Source: Eledone cirrhosa
Taxonomy: Eukaryota
Assembly: GCA_964016885.1 (NCBI GenBank)
Contig: OZ024763.1
Coordinates: forward strand, 11,656,001-11,720,000
Reading direction: 5' to 3'
DNA length: 64,000 nt
The notes under the pieces are model-generated. The model was not told where the DNA came from. It saw only the letters and a list, made by a program, of their open reading frames with translations, and did not search any database. The number at the start of each line of letters is the position of its first letter. Position 1 is the stretch's first letter. Both the position numbers and the translations under genes were made by a program. This document shows, one piece after another, positions 15,836-29,374 of this stretch.

Positions 15836-16015
15836 TATATTCGTGTACAGATATTTTTGCATACACAAAAACAAAATATAAACAAAAGTATTTATTTCAT
15901 GAAAGCACAAAATGTAGCCAAGATATTCCGTACTTCTCTGTACTGTTTCAGAAAGGAGGGATAAACATGCCAATCTAAGTTTAGAATCCTGAGCAACGCC
16001 GGGCCATTCTGCTAG
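15206..16015 (+). mobile_element. Non-autonomous Helitron-like element, interrupted by TA tracts and an HHR island
   Basis: A|TC 5' end, internal GTCT repeats, subterminal GC hairpin CCTGAGCAACGCCGGG and CTAG|T 3' end. Similar 3' end at about 46658-46688. Confidence 0.55.
15696..15746 (+). ncRNA. Degenerate hammerhead motif (CUGA changed to CAGA)
   Basis: AGTTT-CAGAAGA-TCCC gttaa GGGT-GAAA-GCA...TGC-TT^-AAACT. The 3' half recurs on the minus strand at about 48125-48170. Confidence 0.5.
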
Positions 16016-17226
16016 TATTAACTATAACAAGATGAAGTTTCACATGAATGTTTTATATGTTTATTGATTATTGATCAGTTGTGTGTGTTTCACAGATGAT
16101 TAGCTGAAAGTCCATATTTATGTTATAGACCCAACTCCAAAATCAATCAGCTCATCAGACTTGTTAATCAAGCTAAGAACAAAATTATACAAGTATGTAT
16201 GTGTGTCTGTGTGTATATATATATATATATATATACACACAGACACACATACATACTTGTATAATTTTATATATATATATATATATAATTGTTTCTACTT
16301 TTGGCACAAGGCCATTTATATATCATCATCATCATATATATATATATATATATGATGATGATGATGATGATATATAAATGGCCTTGTGCCAAAAAATAGA
16401 AACAATTATATATATATATGTAATTGTTTCTACTTTTGGCACAAGGCCAGCAATTACCCAGTACATTACTGGTACTTTATTTTATCGACCCCGTAAGGAT
16501 GAAAGGCAAAGTTAACCTCGGCGGGATTTGAATTCAGAATAGCAAGGACCGTAACTCTATGCATCAAAGCATGGCGTCTGACCCTCTACCGATACTGCCA
16601 ATCATATATAATGTATATATATATATCATCATCATCATCAGCGTTTAACATCCATTTTCCCCTGCTAGCATGGGCTAGATGTGTTGCTCTGTTGTGAGCA
16701 ATGCCAGGTCAGGTGACCATGTCTTACTCAAACAGAACTCATTCTGGTTTCTACAGCTGGATGCCCTTCCTAACACCAACCTCATTTACAGTGAGTGCTG
16801 GGTGCTTTTTGTTGTGACACCTACATGACCAATGTACAGTGTGAGCTGGGTGCTTTTTGTGGTGTCACCATCACAACCACTTAACAGTATGGGCTGGAGG
16901 GTTCACTGGATGTATGCTCTAAATGGTGGCGGGGGGGGGGGGTACATTTGTATCCCTGCCAATTTCTAGATAACCAGTTCAACAGATCCACAAGTTTTTT
17001 TCCCTTGTTTTATCAGTTTCTGATTTTTTTTTCTGATCTCATTAAGGAGGCACAAAAGCAACCTCCATGTCGTTTGAGGGTACTATATTGGTATTTTAAT
17101 GTATGTAATGTGAATTTGGGGGCTGAAACATTTACATAAGAGTGGGTTTCCTCTCTGAAGACCTTCTGCTGTCCAGCTCACCTGTTTCTTATCACTATAT
17201 ATATATATATACATATATATATATAC

Positions 17227-17259
<33 letters not shown>

Positions 17260-18519
17260 CATACATATATACATATATATATAAGGTAGTGTTTACGCCG
17301 TATTTGACTACATAGAATTAGTCTGTTAGTTGGGATTTTAAAAAAACCTTCAAAATTTAACATAGAAATGGCTTCTACAGGACTAGAACGGTTTCATTCG
17401 GAAGAAATATACATGCAAACAAACATTTATATATATATAAATATATATATAAATGCACAAATCTCCGATATGCAAACATGTCAGCAGAAGGATACCCAGG
17501 AATCATGACCTGGATATGGCCCAGCTCCATTAGAGTGTAAGAAATTACAATTTTATCAGGGGTTACAGGAACATAGATATATATACACCCTGTAAACACT
17601 TTAATCCTTTTTCATTATCTCTGTTTCAAATACCATCTTTTCATAGAACAGACAAAGGATTGGATGTTAAAACTAGTATTAAAACATGAAGGGTCCAAAA
17701 AGTTACATTCTATTACAAAGGATGCAAAAAAATACCTGAGAAATGCAATAGTATGGCTAGAATCCAATGACATAAATGTTTCCCCTGTTGAAATGACTAG
17801 ACAAATAAAGAACAAGGCACAACAGACCAGCCTGCAATATACTAGAGGACAATTGGCACAAAAATGACTGCAAGGAAAATACCCAAACCAAGACAGTGGT
17901 TCAGATGTAGATCAAATCTTTATCCATTAGTGGCTGGAAAGCTTTCATTATAAGCCAGAAAAGGGGGTGGATTGGCAGTATCAGTTGGGTGTCAGACAAT
18001 ATGCTTTGCAGCATAGAGTTATGGCCCTTTATGTTCTGAGTTTAAATCCCGCCAAGGTTAGCTTTGAATTTCGTCCTTCTGTGGTCGATAAATAAAGCAC
18101 CAGTCATGCACTGGGGTCGATTTAATCGACTTTCCCTTCTCCCCAAATTGCTGGCCTTGTGTCTATAGTAGAAATCATTATAAGCCAGACAGTGAGGGGG
18201 CTGTGTCATTGCCTTCCTACCAAAAATTATGTCTCCCATTTTAAGAAAATGACACTAGACACTAACCTATTGTGTTGTGTATGTCAGGAAAGACCAGAGA
18301 CAACAGATGACATTATCACTGGCAGCAACTGATTGATACTGACTGGGTATTAGAAACAACATGATAGAACAGCTCAGTATATCCACTGGGTGATATGTCA
18401 TACAATCTCCTCCATAAAGAGAATTTGTGGCACTACAAACCACCATAACTCTACTGAAGTCTCGATCTTCTGCAATTTCAGTTTTCAAACAGAAAGGGAA
18501 ATCCAAACCAATCCAAGCC

Positions 18520-18960
18520 AATTGGTATATGTTGGTATATATTAGTATATACTGGTATACATTGGTATATACCTGTATATATTGGTATTTACTGGTATAT
18601 ATTGGTATATACTTGTATATATTAGTATGTATTGGTATATACTGATATATACTGGTATGTATTAGTATGTATTGGTATATACTGGTATATATTAGTATAT
18701 ATTGGTATATATTAGTATGTACTGGTATATACTGGTATATATTACTATATATTGGTATATACTGGTATATATTGGTATTTATTGGTATATATTAGTATAT
18801 GTTGGTATATATTGGTATATACCTGTATATATTGGTATTTATTGCTATATATTGCTATATATTGGTATATATTAGTATATATTGGTATGTATTGCTATAT
18901 ATTGCTATATATTGGTATATATTGGTATGTATTGGTATGTATTGGTATATATTGGTGTAT
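18520..18960. repeat. 10-bp satellite (TATATTGGTA)n
   Basis: Seen directly. Confidence 0.9.
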
Positions 18961-19106
18961 CACCTCTTAACACTGACGATCTTGCTCTCTCTTGAGGTTT
19001 CCAGATAAGACTTGCGGGCAGCTCATACAAACAAAAGCAAATGCAAAACATAACAACAACAACATAATAATAATAACAATGATAATAATAATTGTTATTA
19101 TTATCA

Positions 19107-19138
<32 letters not shown>

Positions 19139-19663
19139 GTCATCATTATTGGTGTTATTGTTGCTATTAATATTTATATTATTATTCATTGCTCGCTCTA
19201 TTTTCATTCCACAAACTCTGATTCTATCCCACCCCTGCTCCTATCCTTTCCTCAACCTCCTTTCTCCACCCTCCTCCCACTCTACCCCACCACCTCTTCT
19301 CTCCTTTCAAATTTATTTCCTTCTATTGTCATTTAAAACCATTCAATTGATTAATTATTCCATTGCAATGATAACAACTCATTATTGATTTCTGCTTCGA
19401 CTGTTATTTTTGTTTTTCTTTTATTAATTAATAACTGCATCGTTAAAAGTAACGAGCTTCACGCCATACATTGTGTAGCAAATTTTGTTGTGGTTTCTGT
19501 TCCCACAAAATAATCTAATGAGGGGGAAGGGGTGACCTGGTGTGAACCACGGCTTTCTGGGTTCAATCCTGCTGTATACCACCTTGGTTAAGTGTCTTCT
19601 ACTATAACCTAAGGTTGATCCATGCCACGGTAGCAGAATTTGGTAGATGGAAACTGCAAAAGA

Positions 19664-19726
<63 letters not shown>

Positions 19727-20899
19727 TAATAACATTAATAAAGATGCTGATGTAACATAAATCATTTATTCATTATAATTATTTCAACGGTTCTTCCATG
19801 CAATCAAGATGTAATTCATGCATTTGTTGTTGTTAAGCGAACAGTATCCTCAGATGAAATTCAATTTTGTGATATGCCGCTGGCAGGAAAAACCTTTTGC
19901 TCGCGCATCCAGCAGACATATATATATATATATATACAACGACAAAGCATAAATGAATTGAGAGAGAGACTGAGCATAAGAGGAATCAAATGCTGTGTGC
20001 AGGAGAGGCGGTTGCATAGGATGAAGTGATAAAAGCTGACCTTACACAGTTTATCCTCTCAAAGGAGATGACTCAGGATCAAGATCTTTGGTGATATGCA
20101 GTACTGCAGAAGACCTGCCTTCCCATGTGCACAGGATGAAGCAAACATCTTGAGAAAATTAGTATACACCAAATCTTCTCCTCCCTCCCCCACCCATTCA
20201 CCTCCTACATCTTAACACTCCACCCTTCACCAGCTCCCTACTCCACCTTAGTCCTACCTCTCTTATGTCCATCCTGCAGACATACACCACAACCCCACCC
20301 CAACCCACTACCATCCACATCTGATGCACCTCTCTTGTCCAACCCATGCATACAAGCATGGAAAGCTGGACATGCTCTTCCACAATGCTGCTGAAATGAC
20401 CAAAAGCTCTTACTCCACCCTGTAAGGTGGTCGTACAGGTGACATAACAAAAGTACCTACTTCAACATGTAAGGAGTTCATGCTGGTGATGTCACAAAAG
20501 AGTACTCAGTCTACTCTGTAAGGTAGTCATGCTGTGTGATGTGACAAATAAGCTCCCAGTCCACCCTGTAAGACAGCCATACTGGTGACATGATGAAAAA
20601 GTACCCAGTCCAACCTGTCAGTGGGTCATTTTGGTGCCACGATAAAAAGCACCTGGTCTATGCATTGGCATTAGGAAGGGCATCCAGTTATAGAAACTTA
20701 TCTGAGCAAGACACAGTCACTTGATCTGATTCATCTCGCTACAAGACAGCTCTTGTAACCCATGTTAGCATGGAAAATGGACGTTAAACAGTGATGATGA
20801 TGATGATGATGATGGTGGTAATGTTATTAAGTTAGTATTGGCCGAAGCCATGTCTATCAAAGATATAAAGAAGACAGGAGGTTAACACCATCAGAAAAG

Positions 20900-21095
20900 T
20901 GGCCTTGCTCACTGTCAGGAAGGGGTGGGTAGAAATTCCGTAAGGTACACACAATGTAAAGTATGGATACACAAGAAATGTAGTGGGAGTGCAGGTAGGC
21001 TAACAGAAAAGATAGACTTTATATGTGGCAAATGCACAGAGGAAGTAAGCACAAAGAACACATGTTAAAAAGATTCCCTCAGTTGCCAGGGGAGC
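20900..21095 (+). mobile_element. RTE LINE fragment, PHD-like finger region
   Basis: Resembles 54960-55150 (RKGVGRNS...CKVWIHKKCSG...DFICGKC). Confidence 0.65.
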
Positions 21096-21251
21096 AGAAT
21101 TATGATAATGAGGATGATGATAATAAGGATGATACATATATACAATATGATTTATTCATTCATACTTGTCTTCTATATATCCTTTATGTGAACAAATTCT
21201 CATTCCACTTTGAAAATTTATTGTAACTACATGTTATTATTTAAGTAGTTG

Positions 21252-21650
21252 TGGCGGTGGATTGGCAGTATCGGTAGAGAGTCGGACGCCATGCTTTGTA
21301 GCAAAGAGTTACGGCCCTTTATGGTGTGAGTTCAAATCCCGCCGAGGTTAACTTTGCCTTTCATCCTTACGGGGTCGATTTAATCGACTTTCCCCTCCCC
21401 CAAAATCACTGGCCTTGTGCCTATATAAGAAACCATTATTTAAGTAGTTGTGGCGGTGGATTGGCAGTATCGGTAGAGAGTCGGACGCCGTGTTTTGACC
21501 GCATAGAGTTACGGCCCTTGCCATTCTGAGTTCAAATCCCGCCGAGGTTAACTTTGCCTTTCATCCTTACGGGGTAAAGTGCCAGTAATAAAGTGCCAGT
21601 AATGCACTGGGGTAATTGCTGGCCTTGTGCCCAAAGTGGAAACAATTATT
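21252..21650 (+). mobile_element. Two tandem copies of tRNA-derived SINE family B (also 17965-18180, 50910-51020, 59297-59410 +; 16420-16600, 25630-25910, 56270-56455, 62274-62440 -)
   Basis: GGCGGTGGATTGGCAGTATCGG head, B box GAGTTCAAATCC, 3' end GGCCTTGTGCC...AGAAACAATTA. Confidence 0.85.
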
Positions 21651-22139
21651 TAAGTAGTTGGATTTTCAAAGCACTAGTGGCACATATCATCATCATCATC
21701 ATCGTTTAACGTCCATCTCCCAAGCTAGCATGGGTTGGATGGGTTTGTCCCACTTGAGGCAAGATTAGTCAGGTGACCGTGTCTCGCTCGTACAGAACTG
21801 TTTCTGGCCAGTTTTCTACGGCTGGATGCCCTTCCTAACACCAACCACATTTACAGTGTGGACTAAGAGCCCTTTTACTGTCTCCTACATGACCACTTTA
21901 CAGTGTGGACTGGGTGCTTTTTATCGTGTCACCTTCACATATAGCATCTGGATGGTGTCCTCTTGGCCTTGGACAAGAGGCTCCAATTTAGATAATAGGT
22001 GATATTTTTGTGATGGAGGTCCCAAATATGGCTAGACAGTGTTGTCACATTTAGCCAGGCCGGCTCTCTAAATGAATATTGATATATATATATATTTTTT
22101 TTTTTTTTAGTTATGTAATAAACAACATAAGATAGTTAT

Positions 22140-22201
22140 TTCATTTACCAGTGGTTTCTTGAAGGCAGATATTTATATCTGTCTTCAGTCGTCAGAATGA
22201 A
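22140..22201 (-). ncRNA. Type-I hammerhead ribozyme motif
   Basis: Minus strand: TTCATT-CTGACGA-cTGAAGaCAGATAT aa ATATCTGcCTTCAa-GAAA-CCACTGG-TA^-AATGAA. Confidence 0.75.
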
Positions 22202-22276
22202 TAAATAACATGGTGTATTTATTAAATATGGATTTATGTAGAGCACTCTTTTTTCCTGTACCTTTCCGACGGAAAT

Positions 22277-22331
<55 letters not shown>

Positions 22332-22579
22332 TCGAGTGAGGGGTGTGTGTTTAAAGAACAGTTATATAAATCAAAGTAATGAACAACCAGACACAGAATC
22401 ACGGCAGCGATCAAATATATTTAGTTCGTTTTATTTTTAAATGAGACAACAGCAAAAACATTCCAACAAAATATATAAAAACAATTCTTTTCATAATTTG
22501 TTGGAATTTATTTTGATTAATTATGAATAATTAAATTAGATCTTCTTATATCTTTCATAGCTTGCACCTTTTAGCCTCT

Positions 22580-24779
22580 CTCCACCACTACCACCAGCAC
22601 TACCACCACCACTACCACCACCACAACCACCAGCACTACCACTGGCACCCAACACTACCACCACCCTTACCATCACAACCACCACTACTATCAGCATTTC
22701 CATCACTACCACTGGCACCAACACTACCACCAACACTACCAGCAGCACAACCACCACTAATACCAGCACAACCACCACTACCACCACCACTAACACAACC
22801 GTCATCATTACCATCACTAGCACTAGCACCAACACTGCCAGCAGCATTACCACCACTACCATTATAACAACCACAACCACCACTACAACAATCACAACCA
22901 CAGCAACAACCACAACCACCATCACTACCACTGCAACCACCAACACCACAACTACAACCAACACCACAACCACCAACACCACAACCACCAGCAGCACCAC
23001 CACTACAACCACCACCACCACAACTACAGCCACTACCACAACCACCAACAAAACATCACCAGCAGTATGATTGTGGTATGGTGGTGGTTGTTGTAGTGGT
23101 GTTGGTGTTGTTGATTGTGTTGCTGGTGGTGGTGTTGGTGGTGGTGGTTTTGGTGGTGGTGTTGGTGGTGGTGTTAGTGGTGGTGATGTTGGTGGTCGTG
23201 TTTGTCGTGGTGGTGGAGGTAGTGGTGTTGGTGTTGGTGGTAGTGTTAGTGGTGGTGGTGTTAATGGTGTTGGTAGTGTTGTTGTTGGTGGTGGTGTTGT
23301 TGTTGGTGGTGGTGGTGGTGATGTTGTTGTTGTTGGTGGTGGTGGTGATGTTGTTGGTGGTGGTGGTGGTGGTGATGTTGTTGTTGGTGGTGGTGATGTT
23401 GTTGGTGGTGGTGGTGATGTTGTTGTTGTTGGTGGTGATGTTGTTGTTGGTGGTGGTGATGTTGTTGTTGGTGGTGGTGGTGGTGGTGATGTTGTTGTTG
23501 TTGGTGGTGGTGGTGATGTTGTTGGTGGTGGTGGTGGTGGTGGTGGTGATGTTGTTGTTGTTGGTGGTGGTGGTGGTGGTGGTGGTGGTGGTGGTGATGG
23601 TGGTGGTGGTGATGGTGGTGGTGATGTTGTTGTTGGTGGTGATGTTGTTGTTGTTGGTGGTGATGTTGTTGTTGTTGGTGGTGATGTTGTTGTTGTTGGT
23701 GGTGATGTTGTTGTTGGTGGTGGTGATGTTGTTGTTGGTGGTGGTGGTGGTGATGTTGTTGTTGTTGGTGGTGGTGATGTTGTTGTTGGTGGTGGTGGTG
23801 GTGGTGGTGGTGGTGGTGATGTTGTTGTTGGTGGTGGTGATGTTGTTGGTGGTGGTGGTGATGTTGTTGGTGGTGGTGGTGATGTTGTTGTTGTTGGTGG
23901 TGATGTTGTTGTTGGTGGTGGTGATGTTGTTGTTGGTGGTGGTGGTGGTGATGTTGTTGTTGGTGGTGGTGATGTTGTTGTTGGTGGTGGTGGTGGTGGT
24001 GGTGATGTTGTTGTTGTTGGTGGTGGTGGTGATGTTGTTGTTGGTGGTGGTGGTGGTGGTGGTGGTGGTGATGTTGTTGGTGGTGGTGGTGATGTTGTTG
24101 TTGATTGTGGTGGTGGTGGTGATGTTGTTGGTGGTGGTGTTGTTGTTGTTGTTGTTGGTGGTGATGTTGTTGTTGTTGTTGTTGTTGTTGGTGGTGAGGT
24201 TGTTGTTGATTGTGGTGGTGGTGGTGATGTTGTTGTTGATGGTGGTGGTGGTGATGTTGTTGATTGTGGTGGTGGTGGTGATGTTGTTGATTGTGGTGGT
24301 GGTGGTGATGTTGTTGGTGGTGGTGGTGGTGATGTTGATGGTGGTGATGTTGTTGTTGATGGTGGTGGTGGTGGTGGTGATGTTGTTGTTGATAGTGGTG
24401 GTGGTGATGGTGATGTTGTTGGTGGTGGTGGTGGTGATGTTGATGGTGGTGATGTTGTTGTTGATGGTGGTGGTGGTGGTGGTGATGTTGTTGTTGATGG
24501 TGGTGGTGGTGGTGGTGGTGATGTTGTTGATTGTGGTGGTGGTGGTGATGTTGTTGTTGGTGGTGATGTTGTTGATTGTGGTGGTGGTGGTGATGTTGTT
24601 GTTGTTGATGGTGGTGGTGGTGGTGGTGATGTTGATTGTGGTGGTGGTGGTGATGTTGTTGTTGATTGTGGTGGTGGTGGTGGTGATGTTGTTGTTGATT
24701 GTGGTGGTGGTGATGGTGATGTTGTTGATTGTGGTGGTGGTGGTGGTGGTGATGTTGTTGGTGGTGGTGATGTTGATGG

Positions 24780-24810
<31 letters not shown>

Positions 24811-25435
24811 GGGGGTGTTGGCCTTGTTGTTGTTGTTAGTGGTGATGATGTTATTGCTGATGCTGTTGATGATGTTGTTGTTGTTGTCAGTGTCGTCGTT
24901 GTTGTTGCTGGTGGTGGTGATGTTGTTGTTGTTGCTGGTGGTGGTGGTGGTGGTGGTGGTGATGGTGTTGTTGTTGCTGGTGGTGGTGGTGGTGGTGGTG
25001 TTGTAAAGTGATGCTGAGTCAGACAGTAGAGTGATGTGTGAGTGTAGGAGGGACAGAGTGGTAGGTGGAGTGGGTGGAGGAGCTATCATATAACAAGAGT
25101 GGTGGGGAGGGGGTACATTAAATCTCCTCCCATACCCACTACACACAGGAAACTAAAGATTTTTATCTATGATGGCAATGATGATGGTGGTGAGATTGGT
25201 GGTGGTGGTGGTGGTGGTGTGTGGGGGTTGGTGATGGTGGTGTTGTTGATTGTGTTGCTGGTGGTGGTGATGGTGGTGGTGATGGTGGTAGTGGTTGTGG
25301 TGACAATGATGATGAGCATCATGTTGGTGATGATGGTGGTGGAGATGATGATTTACCACCACCACCACCACCACCACTACTACAATGGTCACCACCACTA
25401 CCACCACCGCCACCACCACCACCACTACTATAATG
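22580..25435. repeat. Compound (ACC/AAC)n then (GGT/GTT/GAT)n trinucleotide field
   Basis: Seen directly; strand polarity flips at about 23068 and 25352. Confidence 0.95.
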
Positions 25436-27000
25436 ATCATTTTGATACTATCTATTTTGAGAACAATACCTCAACATCAGTATGAGCAACCAGTTACAGC
25501 CAGTTTGAACAGAAAGAGGTGAGAGAATCCTGGCCGGTTTAACTGCTAAAGGGTTAATATCTGGAATTTCTGAATTAGGCCCCACCTGTAGATACCTGGT
25601 CTTTTGAAAGAGGGGATAGCTCTATCAATAATTGTTTCTACATTATGCACAAGGCCAGCAATTTGAAGGAAAGGGGAAAGTCAACTAAATCGACCCCAGT
25701 ACATTACCGGTACTTTATTTTATCGGCCTCGTAAGGATGAAAGGCAAACCTAACCTTGGTGGGATTTGAACTCAGAACATAGCTCTATCAATAATTGTTT
25801 CTACTTTAGGCACAAGGCCAGCAATTACTCAGTGCATTACTGGTATTTTATTTTATCGACCCCCGTAAGGATGAAAGGCAAAGTTAACCTCGGTGGGATT
25901 TGAACTCACTATCAATAATGTTCCATGATATTGAATGACATTAATATCATTGATCCAGGAGTGTCCAAATAAATTGATACATCAAAGTTGAATTATTCAT
26001 GTTCCCTCAACTAAATGAGTGAAAGTGCTGGAGCAACAACCTTTGAATATGTTTGTAGTAAGCTGCGTATAAATCCTTGGAATAATGCCACGGATGTTAT
26101 AGAGGCTGGATAAACAACTCTTTCGGAAAAATAAATTATTTCTTTCTCAAGGAATTGTATATTGTCAGAAGGTTGGAAACAAAGTAACTCGGAGTAACCT
26201 TCTGTGATATATCATTACATGCGTGATTTAATGCAACAAATTCTCACTAGTCTAATACAACTGAAGTATTTGAAGGACATTCTCCCTGCTAAAGCATGGC
26301 TGAGCTTTGTAGGGATTCCATGTTATGATTCCTTTCTGAAGCAATGTTTTACAGCCAGATGCCTTTCTTGGCACCAAACATTTTAGTTATCACCTACGTC
26401 ACTCAGGAATACGGTCTATCTATCATATCTTCCCCCACCCCAGGCATACGCAGATAAATATTCCAAACAGTCTAGTCTAAAGTATAACAAATACCACAGG
26501 ATACTCAATAAATAGTTAACAATGAGAGGTGTTATGAGCCAACACGATAGATGTGGAAAAGAATCACAAACAGTTGGAAAAATAATTGTATTTGTGTGTG
26601 TGTATATATATATATATATGTGTGTGTGTAAAGGTGAAATTGGAAATAGCGCAGAAAATATATTTAAGGATCTGTTTTCCTTTTTTTTTGCCTTCTTTGA
26701 TTTGTCAAAGGGACATTATTGAAAGAATGAGAGGGACAATTCTTAAAAAAAAAGAGTTTTATAATGTATATAAAGTATATAAAGTATTACCGGTTTCGAT
26801 GTATCAGTGAAATCCATCTTATAAAATGTTGAGTATTACTATTAAAAAGAATTTAAAAGAATTAAAAAGTCATGATTTAAAATTAAGTGTTGATGCAAGT
26901 TTGTCCATCTTTCTTGTTGAGAAGAAGACTGGATATATACATATATATATAACAATATAAATGAAGACCAGTGGTGTAAATACAGCGTCCTTCAGCCAGT

Positions 27001-27107
<107 letters not shown>

Positions 27108-27816
27108 ATCAAATAATGGTAGTTAAGACAGGATTAAATCACTATAATTGTTTATTGCATTATACATATTTCTGCTACATGGTTATTCATGTGACTTTGT
27201 CAGATGCTTACACAATCATAGGTGCAGCTATGCAATCATGAACCACTTCACTACTGGAGAGACGTGCATGGCCACCGGCATATCACAATGATTGCATAAC
27301 TGCACCAATGATTTCATGACCATCTGATGGAGTCACGTCAATAACCATGTAACAGAAATATATATAATGCAATAAACAATTATGGTGATTTAATTCCATC
27401 TTACCTTGATAAATGAATACTCCGACACTCATTATCACCTACCTGGGATAAACTACTGATGTGTAATGCTTTGGTTTGCTAGGACCTGCTTATCATCAGG
27501 AAGTTACTATGTAACAACCAAGATAAACAACACTCATCTGTAATTATATATATATAAAGTATATCATACACAAAACGGCAGCATCAACAGTTTTACAAGA
27601 GAAGGCAACATGAATGGACCTGTTATTTTTTTTCCCGCCCTGCCCATCTCCACAATCTTTCTATTTCTTCTTTAATTTCTCATTCTATCTTCTGATAAAG
27701 GACAAGTGTCCGAAATGTTAAGACTCTTTTCCTACTATATCAAACGTAAAACTAATAATATATTTCTTCATTGTACTGTGTTCTTTGCTTTGTTATTTAT
27801 CTTTGTCCTTTACATA

Positions 27817-27853
<37 letters not shown>

Positions 27854-28273
27854 CAAATTTAAGATAGTAATGGCTTGAAAAGGACTAGAACTGTTTCATT
27901 CAAAAGAAATCATCAGGAAACCTGAAATGATGATGATATATATATATCTATATATATCTATTGTTATACTTTGGGAGGGTCATGTTGCCAATAAGAAACA
28001 CACGCACCAGTTGCTTTCACTTCAATTTAATTTAATATATATTTATAAATTTACAAATTTATAAATTTCTGGTTGGTTGGTTGGTTCCACAACCAGATAG
28101 TTGTTTATATATATATAGTCATAGTTCTTTCGTCACACACTCTGTGACCTCTTCAGTGACTGGGGATTTCTTTCTTCGTTTCTGTGCCTTTCCTTTCTTC
28201 TATTCTACGCCATTTTGCAAAATGGCGTAGAATAGAAGAAAGGAAAGGCACAGAAACGAAGAAAGAAATCCCC

Positions 28274-28318
28274 AGTCACTGAAGAGGTCACAGAGTGTGT
28301 GACGAAAGAACTATGACT
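28274..28318 (+). ncRNA. Hammerhead motif in the Penelope pLTR (minus-strand copies at 28117-28161 and about 28757-28799)
   Basis: AGTCA-CTGAAGA-gGTCACA gagtg TGTGAC-GAAA-GAAC-TA^-TGACT. Confidence 0.8.
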
Positions 28319-28983
28319 ATATATATATAAACAACTATCTGGTTGTGGAACCAACCAACCAACCAGAAATTTATAAATTTGTAAATTTATAAATATATAT
28401 TAAATTAAATTGAAGTGAAAGCAACTGGTGCGTGTGTTTCTTATTGGCAACATGACCCTCCCAAAGTATAACAATATCGGTTTCAACACGCGATTTCAGA
28501 TAAAGAATCTTGCTAAACAAATTCAGAAACGAAATATATATATCTATATATTTCGTTTCTGAATTTGTTTAGCAAGATTCTTTATCTGAAAACGTGTGTT
28601 GAAACCGATATTGTTATACTTTGGGAGGGTCATGTTGCCAGTAAGAAACACACGCACCAGTTGCTTTCACTCCAATTTATTATAAATTAAATTTATAAAT
28701 TTAAGAAATTTGTAAATTTCCAGTTGGTTCCACAACCGGACGGTTGTTCATATATTGTCAAAGTTCTTTCGTCACACATTCTGTGACCTCTTCAGTGACT
28801 GGGGATTCTTTTCTTTGTTTTGTGCCTCTCCTTTGTCCTGTCCTACGCCATCTTGTTTTTGTGTGTGTTGTGTGCTTAGTTTGCTCATGTGTTACATCCG
28901 GGTGTCTGTGTGTGTTTTTATTTGTTTATTTACATGTTACTAGTTGATTGTTTGTTCTATGTGTGTGTGTTTTCATTTTGTCC

Positions 28984-29374
28984 TTAATTGTAAGCTGTGA
29001 TGTTGCTATTCCATTCATGTTTTCTATTTAATTTTGGTTGGAGTTCATTTATGTTTATTGCCTCTGTGATTTGTCTAAACATTGCTTCTTTTCTGTGTGT
29101 AGATTTTATTTTTATTTCTATGTTCTCTAATTTGCCCTTATGTTCTATTTTAGCATGTTGGTGGAGTACTGATGATTCTTTTCTATCTTGAAGTTCTCGC
29201 CAGTGTTCATTTAATCGTTGTCCTATACTACGAGCTGTCTCACCTATGTACACTATATTCTTATCTTTACATTGTTCCTCAGTACATCTTATGCTATATA
29301 CTATGTTTCTAGTTTTGCAGTTAATATGGGGGCTTAGTTTACAGATTATGCATTTCTTATCTATACAGGGAGGT

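Noticed and set aside
17600-18515. Possible old non-LTR (R4-like) ORF debris
   Set aside because: Only a vague peptide resemblance with many stops; not supportable without a search
23056-25146. ORFs of 640-700 aa (poly-T/N, G/V, V/L)
   Set aside because: Open in several frames on both strands only because GGT/GTT/GAT repeats lack stops; no unique sequence
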